A stretch of DNA of 64,000 bases, taken from positions 1,596,269 to 1,660,268 of the forward strand of contig CAJINV010000017.1 in assembly GCA_905178155.1 (NCBI GenBank), read 5' to 3'. Each line of letters starts with the position of its first letter. Within the stretch, counting starts at the first letter, position 1. The position numbers and the translations under genes were made by a program. The stretch is from Amoebophrya sp. A120 (Eukaryota; Protista; Dinoflagellata). This document shows positions 24,565 to 38,658 of the stretch, piece after piece. A model generated the notes under the pieces. That model was not told where the DNA came from, did no database searches, and saw only the letters and a program-made list of their open reading frames with translations.

Positions 24565-27500
24565 AGAAAGACGCCGGGAGTACAACAGTAGTTCGTCACT
24601 ACATGATACTGAGTGGAAAATTTCAAGAATAAGAAAACGAGCAAAATTCGGTCTTTAGAGTCTCTAGGGCGGTCGGGAGGGGTTCCAAGATCGACGAAAC
24701 ACGATGCCGGCGGCTCGACCGGCAGCGCAGAAGCAGCACGCGGCGCCCTTGGGCTCGGCCGCGTTGCATCCGGCCGGGACGCCATTTCGCCAACCATCGC
24801 CACGGGGCGCCACTTGTACTTGGAGAGGAACCGGCAGGGCCCCCGCAGCCCGACAAAGCGGCTCTTCTTGACGCCGGCAAGCAGCTGGCCGGAGGATGAA
24901 AGTGGGGCGCTTTACAGATACGCGACGTCTTTGCCAGAGTTGGCCAAATGTTGTAGCATATTTTTCGACGCCCCAAACAGTTCGCCCAATTCGCGCGCCC
25001 AATCCGGACCCTTAGCAGGGTGGGACTCCGCTCCCCGACGGACTGCATTTTGGGCGCCCAGAATTGAGGCGCCGCGTGACTCCAGAATCGATTTCCGAAG
25101 TGGGCGAACTTCCAAAAGCGCGTTTTTTGAGCACAAGATGATCAAAAAAGTCCTCTGAGCGACCCCCCGCGCCAGGGGTTGCCGGAGGGGCCTACTTTTT
25201 CATTCTTGAAATTTTATCCAGTGGGAATAGGGCAAAAGCCCGTTTCAGGAATGGCCCAAATCTAGGGTTCTCGAGAGGGGTCGACCCTGTTCATTCTTGA
25301 AATTTTATCCAGTGGGAATAGCAAAATTTTGCGTGAATCACGGGCGCAATGCAGAAAAGAGCTCCGGCGTCGAGTCCCCTGGCAATGTCTTTACTCGGGC
25401 ACGCCCGCAGAAGCAGGCGGGATTATTTCAGTAGCTTCGAGCCGCTTCACGCTTGCCTGTGGAGGCGCCGCCGCGCCTCGCCTATTCGGACCACGTGACG
25501 ACCCGAGCCCATTTGGCCCCGGTTATGAATTTTCCAGAAACGGCCACACCTAGCTAACTAGTTTCGTGCGTGAGGTTGGTAGCCCTCGGCCCGTCAAGAA
25601 AGACGCCGGGAGTACAACAGTAGTTCGTCACTACATGAAGCCGTCAGCGTCCCCTCGCAGCTAGAAGTACAAGTAGGAGTATTTGTCGCTCGCGCCGCCG
25701 TGGAGGGGGCACAACGGCGCGGGATATTCTTCATAACTATAGAGCAGTAGAAATTTTAGAAACGGAGAGACCAAAGGAATGCTGTGCGAAAGGCAGCGCG
25801 CTAACTAGAATAGGGAATCCACAGCGCCCCAACGATTTTGCCTTTGAGGAAGTACGTCCGTCGCCAAATAGGGTCCTGGGGGTTTCTGGTAGAAAGACCC
25901 CCAGGCAGAATGAAATATGACCCCCCGGCAGACATAGATCCCGAGCGTGGGAGGTAGATCCCCAGGGAGAAAGATCCCCAAGTAGATAGATTCACAGGAG
26001 GGCTCCCAGGGACGGAGACACACCCCCAGGGACATACATTCTCAGTGAGAAACTTAGAACCCCAGGGAGATAGGTGCCCAGGGATGTAGTTTTCTTCTAG
26101 GGAAATAGCCCCCCAGGTAGATTGATAACATAGACCCCAGGCACTGACGCAGGTAAACCCCCAGTGAAGTAGGGCCACAGGTTGGCAAGTAGCCCCCCAG
26201 GTATGGGAAGGCTTTCAGCGGTAGATCCCACGGTATGGGCAGGAGCTGCGCCCCCTGCGCTCGGGGGCTGGCTTTGTTCTATCTGCCGGGCAGAACTGGC
26301 AGCGCCTTCTTTCGCTTTGCTAGCTTTCCCTTCCCACCCTCGGCCGGCAGCGCCGCTTTAGTTGGAAGGCAAAGGGGCCGCGAGCATGCCAGCAAGCAAG
26401 CTGCATGACCCGGAGGCCGTGTTGGCTTTGTGCGCCTTCCCCTCAGATATAGAATGATCTCTCAAGAGCGCCGCTGTGCCACATTCGTTCCCCCAAGCAG
26501 GCTGGCCCGGGTGGCGTTCTCCCGCGAAACCCCCGCGGTGCCTCCTGTTTCTTGCCTTCCTTCGGGCCTGCAGTCGTGCGCGTGGCCCCACTTCTCGCCG
26601 GGCCAGGCCCCGTTTATTGTAGAAAGACGCCGGGAGTACAACAGTAGTTCGTCACTACATGTTATCGCCGCCGAGGCGGCGGTAGTGAGGTCACGCTGGG
26701 TTTTTTTTGACTGGGCGCGGCCGTCCTCTCGGACCGGCGCGACCTACGGTCGCGCGGTCCGAGATCTTTTGTTTTTGGGCGCGGCAACAGGCCTCGGGCC
26801 GGCGCGACCTGCGGTCGCGCGGCCCGAAGACTTAGCGCGCCCGCGCTGCGGGCGCAGTGCGCATTTGCTTCCCCCCGCCTCATACATAAGAGCTTCTGCT
26901 GATTGGTTCTACGCGGTCTAGAGTGTGCTATCAGGAGGGTGTTCGCCGCTGTGATCCGTGGGCCCCGCACCTTCAAGTCATCGATCGGGGGCAGGCGTAG
27001 CAAGGGCGGCGACGCGAGACGCGGATGGGAAACCTGAAAAATGAATTAGAAGTGATTGCATGTGGGAAGACGAAGAGCCGCGAAATTCTGCACATTACAT
27101 GTAGGAAATAGAGCCTTCAAGTGATGGCGTGTGGGATATAGAGTATGAGCCTTGAAGTTCTGCACATGAGCGAAGGCGTGTCAAGCTGGCTGGTGGCTGC
27201 ACTAGCTATGTAATTAAATACTAATTGGAAGACGAAGATCATGATCCACGCAACATCCTCCTGATCCTGATCCTGATCCACGAAAGCAGACGAAGGAACG
27301 AAAAACAACCAAAGCGGCGAACGAACCCAAGCACGCACTGTGGCATTGCTCTAGCTTCTCCGGCGCTAGTACGTGCTTGCTTTCTTTTTTGGTTTTGGTC
27401 TTCTTGGGTGCCGAAGGGCCAAAAAAATCATACACGTTGTCACACACGAAAACGCTGTTGCTCATCTCATCATACATAGATCAAAGACTGCGGTCTGCTG

Positions 27501-27796
27501 TATCATACAAAGCAAAAAGACTGCGGTCTGTGGCCGCAGGAGGCAACTTTTTTCACTCTTGCCTCCTCCTACGCACCCGCTCCCGCGAATACCGGGGCGC
27601 AGGCGGATGCTCGGCCAACAAGTCGTCCTCTTCGTCCATGAGGACGTCTTCGTAAGTCCATTCGTCATCATCGTCGACGTCTTCGTAAGTCCATTCGTAC
27701 TCCCGTCGTAGAAAGACGCCGGGAGTACAACAGTAGTTCGTCACTACATGAAGCCGTCAGCGTCCCCTCGCAGCTAGAAGTACAAGTAGGAGTATT
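24565..27796. repeat. Widely spaced array of four identical 41-bp repeats with ~1-kb unique spacers
   Basis: AGAAAGACGCCGGGAGTACAACAGTAGTTCGTCACTACATG at 24565, 25597, 26621 and 27710. Copies 2 and 4 share a further 46 bp downstream. Confidence 0.95.
25890..26240. repeat. Degenerate minisatellite (AGA[T/C]CCCCAGG-like units)
   Basis: More than 10 variants such as AGACCCCCAGG, AGATCCCCAGG, AGAACCCCAGG and TAGCCCCCCAGG at irregular short spacing. Confidence 0.7.
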
Positions 27797-28272
27797 ACGT
27801 ACCCTTCACCTCATCGTGATAGTGATGAACGATGACGAGGACACGGGAAAAGCTGCAAACAGTTTCTCTATTTCGTATTCGTACGTCACACTCTGACCTA
27901 GCTGATTTCAAGTTGAGTTTGAAACAACGCTCATGATTCTCGATCAATAAACTCGTCTAGGATTGTCAAGACGTTCTCTCCTCGTCGGCGTATCCGTACC
28001 GCTCGACATAATAAGAAATCGCTGCTTAGTTGTTGGGGCACAATAAGTGTGTTTTTTTTTCTGCCCGTGAAGGTTATATATAGTTAACCAATAAGGCAAG
28101 AGCCGAATAAAACTTGTTCGTCCAGCACGACGTAGTCGGCTAGAAGAGCAAATCGCAAACCCTAGAGAAAAAAGGTCACCCTCCAGTAGTTCTTCCCAAG
28201 CCAACGAGACCCTCGTCCAGGAAAGAACTTCAAAAGAACCGACCTGGGATTACGACGACAACCGATCGCTAG

Positions 28273-31232
<2,960 letters not shown>

Positions 31233-33194
31233 AGCTGCGGTAGAAGAAGATGCTCATCTACTTCCTCAGGCAGCTATGAACCCCATTGTTCTCCTCGAGA
31301 ACGAGAACGTAACTGAAACGATCCTAAATTTTGTTAACTGGTTGAAAAGCTATCTCAGATTCTTGATTCAGATTCTTGTTTTTTTACCAGAAGAACAAGA
31401 TAGAAAAGTTTACACTGCTATCTGTACCGTTTAGAGATGACGAGCACGACGCGAACGGAGATTCCGAACAAGCGCACGAAGAGGATTTCCGAACCGGTCT
31501 AAGCCTGTCGTTTCTTTTTTTTACCTCGCTCCTGTGGCCGAAGATGCTTCTCCGTAGTGGTTGAGATAGAGTCTAGCTTGCTACGACGGATGAGAGCACC
31601 CCGGGGGAGTAAAATCAAGAAACTAACGATCATGTTGGCCGTGTTTACTTGGAGGCTATGCTGTAGTTCTTAATCTACGTCTCAGTCACCGTGCTTGCTC
31701 TCTGATGAGGTCACGACCTCCCTTGAGTCTGTTGAAGAGAGTTTTTTTTTGTTTCAGCACCTATGTCTGTTTCTCTGACAGTAACTCTCTGTAATCAAAA
31801 ACCATACTACATATAACGACTTTTATCAACAAAGTGCCGCAGCCGTTCGATCGGTCCTGCGGTACTGATTATGTGCTAAAAGAGGTTTGTGAAATCAGTT
31901 TTTTGTCGTCAGTTTCTGACCTTCGGGAAATTATCGACAAGTAGTACTACTTCACTTGTTTCTATTTACAACTCCGACTGTATCTATTTGTTTCGAACGC
32001 CGTATACGATCATGATTCTCAATGCTATTTCTGATTCTTCTTGCACAGCAGCTTTTTTACGAAATAAAGTCTTCTTGTTCCAGAATCTCGACCACCGCGT
32101 TGATGTCCCGTATTGCTGTTTGAACAATGCACTTAACAACTTGCGTAGACTTTTGCAACGAGGAAGAGGGCGAGGAGGCAACAACCGGTGTTGATGTTTT
32201 TACACCTTGTTGCAGCGCTACATACTAGGACCACCACTTCACCGCCCTAGCCGATTGCGGTGTCGTTCGCGCGTAGCTACATCTACCGCAATACTAGTTG
32301 CGCGATTGTAGTGATGAGACCAATCCTTGTTTGAAAGTGATAAAAGCTACGTGAAGATCATGACGGCCAAACTGTATACAAGAACGTAGCTTTACGAGGA
32401 CCCTCTTGAATGAACCAAAGTTTATCTCTGAAGAACAAATCACAACTTATAACTTACTTCCTTTGGATTCTTTCGATTTTATTTCGACCACGACTTTTCT
32501 GCCGCTTTTGACACCTTTGTAATATTCACGCCGTTTCGATTGCTTTGTAGTGCCGGTACGTGGAGGCCTCTGCAGCTGCACCAGTGCTCTCGAACGCAGT
32601 TGTCGCCATGCACCTTCATCAGAAGTTGTATCAGCACACACCGCTCCCGCTGATAGAAAATACGCGTACGTCAACATTTCTGTAAGTGAAGGCAGCTGTC
32701 GGCAGGAGCGTCTGCAGGAATCATTCAATTGCGATGCAGCTCCTCTTCGTACAATAGGCGGCTCCAGCTACAATCAAAGCGACGGCCTCGACGGTAACGA
32801 ACCTCTGAAAAAGCACCATGCATGCAAGCATGAGCAGCATGTCGAGCACCGGGGGCAGAGTGCTTGATTGTTATTATTGCAAGGTGCTGTTCGCCATTTC
32901 ATTTTCAATGTTGTCTACTAGGTTTTCCTGCCGACTTGAAGACGATGGGAGATTCACGTCCAGCACCACACGAAGGTGAAATACCCGAGAAAAGAACAGG
33001 CTCTGCAACTCACCGTCAGCGGACATGCATTTTTGCAAGAAAATGAAAAATGACTGCGAGTGAGTGCACCTGCTCCTGCACAAGTAGTGCGTACTGTTCT
33101 AATATCCTGCTGACTGGCTGCTTCTATAGAGCAGCTTTAAACTTTTCAACACGTATCTGTTTAGAGAAACAAAACGCAATCTTCCCTCAACAGG

Positions 33195-34221
33195 ATGGCT
33201 TTCGGCATCGTCAAGAAGTCGCTGCTTTCCTTCGCGGCATTTGCCGCGTCGTCTGTGCACGGGCTCGTCCCCCCTACGGAGACGGAGTTTTCCGATGAAG
33301 GCGATACCCGCGGCGCGAAGACGCAGGACGAGACCGGCACCACGTCTGGGGACCTGCAAGCCGTCGTCGGGAGTGATGGAAGTACGGTAGCTGCAATATC
33401 CAACAGAAAAAAGCAGGCAGGGCAATTGTACAATGCAAAAAGAAATAGACAGCAAAACCTGTACGTGCACTTCTGTGTAACCTAAAGTAAAGCACGCTAT
33501 GGGCTCGCCCATAGGAGATTTTTGTTTTGCAGCTCTTTGGTTATTTTTTGAAGGTACAAATATATATAATTCCCTGTCTGCTTTATTCTGTGTGATATGC
33601 AATGGTGGACGTGAACAAGGGAGTCGTCGCGGCTGTGGTGATCGGCGTGATATGCATTGTTCGCATCGGTTTAGGTACATGAAGATTGGATCAAGTTCAA
33701 GCTGCAGTTTTCAGAAAAACAAAATGAACTGGACGGAACAAGCAATTTGTGTCATGCTGTTTGTGGATGGTGGATGGTATGGATGCACAAAGACTGATTT
33801 GGCTTTTCATGCTGCGACGTACAAAGCTCCAGCATGATTTTTTTTTTTCCTTTTGTCGATCGTCCAGGACGAGGACCATGTTAATGTTTGTGTACGTATA
33901 CGATGCCCTTGCAGTCTGCCATACATTTGCTTGCAGATTTCTGGTTGGAACACAGATTTCGCGCTGGCCGTTAACGGCGCCGTGAAGAAGAGTATCCGCC
34001 ATGGTCAGGGTGGCGTGGAATGGACCAAAATCCAGGCGAAATGCAGTTGCGTGACAGAGAACGGTAATAAAGAAACCTCTACCGTGCAGACCGCGACCCA
34101 TCCAGACTACCAACACAATCACGTGGACGTATATGCGCGCTGCAAAGACGCGTGCGAGGATCAGTACCCAGGAAGGAAGGTGGAGGTGGAAGAGTGCAAA
34201 GTTTGCACCAACGATGTCTAG
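33195..34221 (+). CDS. Small putative secreted Cys-containing protein (spliced; middle unresolved)
   Basis: Signal-peptide-like MAFGIVKKSLLSFAAFAASSVHG. The 3' exon starts after TTGCAG (~33936) and ends ..CKDACEDQY..CKVCTNDV. Confidence 0.45.
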
Positions 34222-34750
34222 AAGGGATAAGTGCTGACGATATGATGTTCAAGCGCGGGAGGAAAAAGTACTTACACTTTGGCGACTTTCAGCATATCAT
34301 CAATTTTTGAAGTTGGACCATGATAGAAAAATAACGGCGTACAGGGTTTAGTTGTCGTGTTCGCCGGGGTAACTGACTCATGTGCAGTGCGACCACTATG
34401 TATACGTTCATTTCTTTTCGTTAGTGTTCGTAGTTGTGCTTCACTTTTTCGGTGTTTGTCTGGTGGTGCCTGAGTTGGAGAAAGATGGACGGACCACTTG
34501 ACCTTGAACACAGTTGAGAGGAGCATAGAGTCGCTTGTCCTACGACTAAGTACCGAAAGATAAACAAGAAATACTAACCACGAGGAACGAGACGACATAC
34601 GCAAGCCAAACTTCTCTACGTATGGATCCGCCAAAATATTCAAGAAAAAGTAAATGTGAAAACATTCAGCGAGGAAGTTGTCCCCAGCACCAGCGTCTTC
34701 TGGTTTTGTGAAAACAGAACAAGCAAAACGGACAGGAACACTAAAGCAAC

Positions 34751-35890
34751 ATGAAATCCCTTCGACGACCCTTCTCACAGCCCGCCGAAGAAGCCGGCGA
34801 CCTGGAAACAACAGCCAACTTCGATTGGTCAAGTCTCGACCGTTTGGCGGAAGACGTGCAGCACGCTAACTGCACAGCGTCGGCTGCGCAATATAAAAAC
34901 GTGAGAAACGGCGACAGAATCGCAGAAGCAACTACATCTACTTTGGCAACCGGAACAAGCGCCGCCTTCCCACCGGCGGCGCAGGATGAAAGCGCGCCGG
35001 AGCAAGCAGGAGAAAGAAATCACATCGAGGGAACTAGTGTAGGATCACACAGCGCTCTTCTCTTCCTCGACGTCGACGGTGTGTTGCATCCGGACGGCGG
35101 CGGCTCCGTACGAGGCTCCCTAGCAACCAGTACCCTGTGCAAACCACAGATGGTAATTTTGCGAAGGATTTTGGAGAAGCTGCACGAAAGACTACAACAT
35201 TGTAAAAATGCAGTTGTTAATACGGAAAATAAGCGCAACAACCTCCCAAGGAGGACACTACATCTCATCATCAGCTCCGCCTGGAGAGAGAACCCCGGCA
35301 GGACGCAGCGACTGCTTCGGGAGCTGGTGAAGTACGGTTTGGAGTTGGAGCATTTCGACGTGCGGAAAGCAGCACGACGCACGGTAGGAATGACCACACC
35401 ACAAATGGAAATGGTTGATCCCAGCACCTCCAGCCGAAGAACTGCTGCTCTTGTTGACGAGGCAGCTGAAGATGTTGATCTGTCCTCACTGCTGCTTCCC
35501 CTGAACGTATCCACCACCCCGGCGATGAACGACTTTTTCGTGCCCTTGAAACACCGAAGGGAGAAGGAAATTGCGGAATGGATACGAACTTTTGATACAG
35601 CACAACAAACGACTCCATCGGTTTCTACGTCTCAGCTACTTTCGCAGCAGCACCAACAGGAGGCGAACAAGGCTTTGCAGAGTGCAGGCGTACCGAGAAG
35701 TTCAAAAAATCTAACCGTTCTTGTCCTTGACGACTTACCGCTGCTGGAAGAGCACATTGGTGTACAAAACAGTTTTTTGCACGTCAACCTGGCAACGGGG
35801 CTGGTCGAAACCGATTTGGATAGATGCTTGAATCTCGTAGAAAAACAAGTAATAAATCACAACGCGTTCTTGTGCTGCAGCAGAAAATGA
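34751..35890 (+). CDS. HAD-superfamily phosphatase-like protein (Swiss-Army-Knife HAD type)
   Basis: Motifs FLDVDGVLHP, IISSAWR, REKEIAEWI and LVLDD. Confidence 0.75.
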   Translation: MKSLRRPFSQPAEEAGDLETTANFDWSSLDRLAEDVQHANCTASAAQYKNVRNGDRIAEATTSTLATGTSAAFPPAAQDESAPEQAGERNHIEGTSVGSHSALLFLDVDGVLHPDGGGSVRGSLATSTLCKPQMVILRRILEKLHERLQHCKNAVVNTENKRNNLPRRTLHLIISSAWRENPGRTQRLLRELVKYGLELEHFDVRKAARRTVGMTTPQMEMVDPSTSSRRTAALVDEAAEDVDLSSLLLPLNVSTTPAMNDFFVPLKHRREKEIAEWIRTFDTAQQTTPSVSTSQLLSQQHQQEANKALQSAGVPRSSKNLTVLVLDDLPLLEEHIGVQNSFLHVNLATGLVETDLDRCLNLVEKQVINHNAFLCCSRK

Positions 35891-36876
35891 AAAGAAGCAC
35901 GCGCAACATACTATCAACTTGTTGCTTTTGAATGTTGAAGTGGCATTTTATTTTATGTTCGTGATAGATCAAGATCATCACGGCGACTGCAGTCGGATGC
36001 GTTCTCGGCGCGGCTCTGAAGCGGCTGCTCGTCGCTTTGTTGATCATGATCTGCGGAATCGGTACATCTTTGACGTTGGAACGCTCGCTGTTGTCGTTTA
36101 GTACATTTCATTCGTACTCAAATAACCCGTCCGACGCTGCGTGGATCACATGCACTTGCACCGTCTAGAAAAGTGGATCAGCAGCGCGCGGGTTGAGTCA
36201 ACCCACAAGATCTGGTGGTCAAGGACAGACACTCATGATACCAAAGCGATGTTTCTCTGGATCACGAGAACTACATAACAGAAAAATTTTTAGTACAACA
36301 AGTTTCCACTTGTAGTGCCTCTTCATAATTTCCGACGTCTACGAGGACCACCCTAGACTGAAAATAAAACCCCTACTCTCTATTTCGTCAGTCGTTTGAT
36401 GAAAGAGCAGAAACAGTTGTCACATTGACGATCAGGATCATTCGAGCATCCCGATCCGGCTGAAAATTCGAGGTTCGCCCATCTTCGAAATGGAGTAAGT
36501 ATCTCCTCGAAATCGTATTTTTTTTTCGGGAGTTGTGCAGCCCAGGGATAACTCGGTCGTCGCGTGAGGAGCGCAACATTGATGCTGATTTACAACAACA
36601 ACATCAATGCATCTATACAGTTTTTTTCGACGATCTGTCCCGGAGGAAGGAGAAGGATCAGGCGTTGGGTCGGGACGTGGACGTGGACGTGAAACTAGAT
36701 TTAAATTTATACGATCGAGTGCTCCCGCTCCGTTGTCAGATGTCGAGCGAGCCGCTCGAGAAAGTAACAAGTACATTAGTAAACTAGGAAAAAGTAAATT
36801 TGGAATGAACTTGGTAAATTGCAGCGACAGATCTAAATAATTTTTCATTCCTCAATTGAAATAAAGGATCACCATC

Positions 36877-38658
36877 ATGCCCACTCTCTTCGCCGACCGT
36901 CGGCCGCAGGTCGAACGATGGCTCTCGGAGCACGCCCCCAATGCGAAAGTATCCAGGAAAAAACACCCATCCCCATCCATTTTTTGCATGGCAAATAGTG
37001 GATTTTATGCATGTTTTGCATGACAAATTGGATGGGGATGGGTGTTTTTTCCTGGATAGAAAGTCGTCTCGAGCTACCGGAGAGAAATCAGCCGGCAGTC
37101 GTGTGCCGGAATCTCGCTCTGGATCGGCACCATGTACGGCGGAGGCGCACTCTACCTGATCATCGGCGTGTTGCTCTTTTTCAGACGGTGGCTGCTCACG
37201 TTTGCTCGGGGTGCAGGTGACACGGCTGATTATACAGAGGAACGAGGAGGACAAGACGCGCTGTCCAGCACGAGCGGTCTGCTCCTTTCCCCCAGCTTCT
37301 ACTTCCAACTGGACCTCTTTTCCCTCTTCCTCACGTCTCTGGTCGTAACCGGCTACGGCTTCAGAACGGACTTTTTCCTGCGGAACTTCCCGAAAATTTC
37401 CGAAAAAATCGAACGATACATCATGGTCGGGTGCAACAAATACTTCGGCTGCGTCGTGATCGCGGAGGATCCGGCGGAATTCCGCAGATTGCTGTCCGAC
37501 CAGACCCAAGCGGTCATGGTGGGTCTGGCGCCGCACGACGTGCTACCGCTGGCCTGTTGCGGCCTAGCGCCGATTTGTCTGCAGGACAGTTTAAACTTGG
37601 CGGAAAATAAGCCGGGGGTGGTGATTGCCGCGACGGAGAGTATCCAGCTCACCCCCCTGTGGAACCAACTCGCGTACCTGCTGCATGCGCGGTCCGTGGG
37701 GAAAAAGCAGGTGGTGAGGGAATTAAAATCGGGCAAGAAACTCGCACTAGTCCCCGGCGGGGTGCAGGAGGTCCTGTGGAACTACTTCTACAAACAGGGC
37801 CTGGAAGAAAAGCAGGTACGAGATTTGCAGCAAGGACACGACACGTTTTTCGCGGAAATGGGAGGAGCAACAGGTGTAAAAACCGACAATACTAGTACAA
37901 CTGGATCGAATAAAGCAGAATCATGTAGCAGCACAACTGCAGCTTGCAAGAAGGAGGAATCCGAATCCACAGCGTCAATAAGCACGCTGACCACAGCTAC
38001 CACGACGAAATCCAATTCGCAAGTTTCTCTAGTAAGTTCCGACATAGGTTCTGGTGGCTCAACAACATCTTGTTCACCTGGCAAGAACCTATCTTCAGCT
38101 TCTTCACAGACAGAAACATCAGACCAGCACCAGCAGCAGAAGAACAAGGCGACAATTTTTGCGGAAAATGGAAAGAAAGACGCAGAACAACCTCTGAACA
38201 CGAAACAGGACGACTTTACCATCCTGTATCTCCAGAACCGCAAGGGGTTTGTGAAACTCGCGATCGAGCAAAAAGCAGCGGTCGTCCCGATTTTCGCGTT
38301 TGGCCAGGAAGCGGAGTTTTCCTTCCTCGCCCCGCAGCCCCCGGAGTCTTTCCCGAAGCTGCGGAGGCTGTTCTCCGAATTCTCGCGAAAAATCGGGTTC
38401 GCGCCAATCATTCCCCTGGGCATCGGGAAAATCCCGTTCGGGATTCCCAACAGCTGTCCGCTGGGCCTGGTAATCGGGAAACCGATCGTCGGAACCAACG
38501 TGGACGCGGTGCATGCGGAGTACTGTCGGGAGATAGTGCGGATAGGGGAACTGTATGGGAAGTGCTTCACTGCCGATAAAAATGACGCAGATTTTAGTAC
38601 AACTGGTGCGGGCGGAAAGACAGCGACGCAGGACAAGGGCCGGGTGCTCCTGATTTGA
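36877..38658 (+). CDS. DGAT2/MOGAT-family acyltransferase
   Basis: Removing the introner extends ORF 37132 to ATG 36877. N-terminal TM segments and motifs APHDVLP, LVPGGVQE, RKGFVKLA and VVPIFAFG. Confidence 0.85.
36950..37058. mobile_element. Introner, family F4 (apparently young)
   Basis: Perfect 30-bp TIR TATCCAGGAAAAAACACCCATCCCCATCCA, TSD GAAAG. Confidence 0.95.

Noticed and set aside
24565-24605. 41-bp repeat as a dinoflagellate spliced-leader, rRNA or tRNA fragment
   Set aside because: No match to DinoSL (CCGTAGCCATTTTGGCTCAAG). The GTAGTGACGA on the minus strand resembles 18S for only ~10 nt. No cloverleaf.
27305-27385. tRNA or tRNA-derived SINE on the minus strand (GGGTTCGTTCGCC, B-box-like)
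   Set aside because: No convincing acceptor stem, D-arm or A-box; it is only a hairpin.
24613-27744. ORFs within the array (e.g. 24613-25158, 26430-26921)
   Set aside because: Arg/Ala/Pro-rich translations typical of GC-rich non-coding DNA. No transposase, RT or recombinase motifs.
24565-27750. Classical CRISPR array
   Set aside because: Spacers are ~1 kb rather than 25-50 bp, no cas genes are present, and the context is eukaryotic. Kept only as an analogy.
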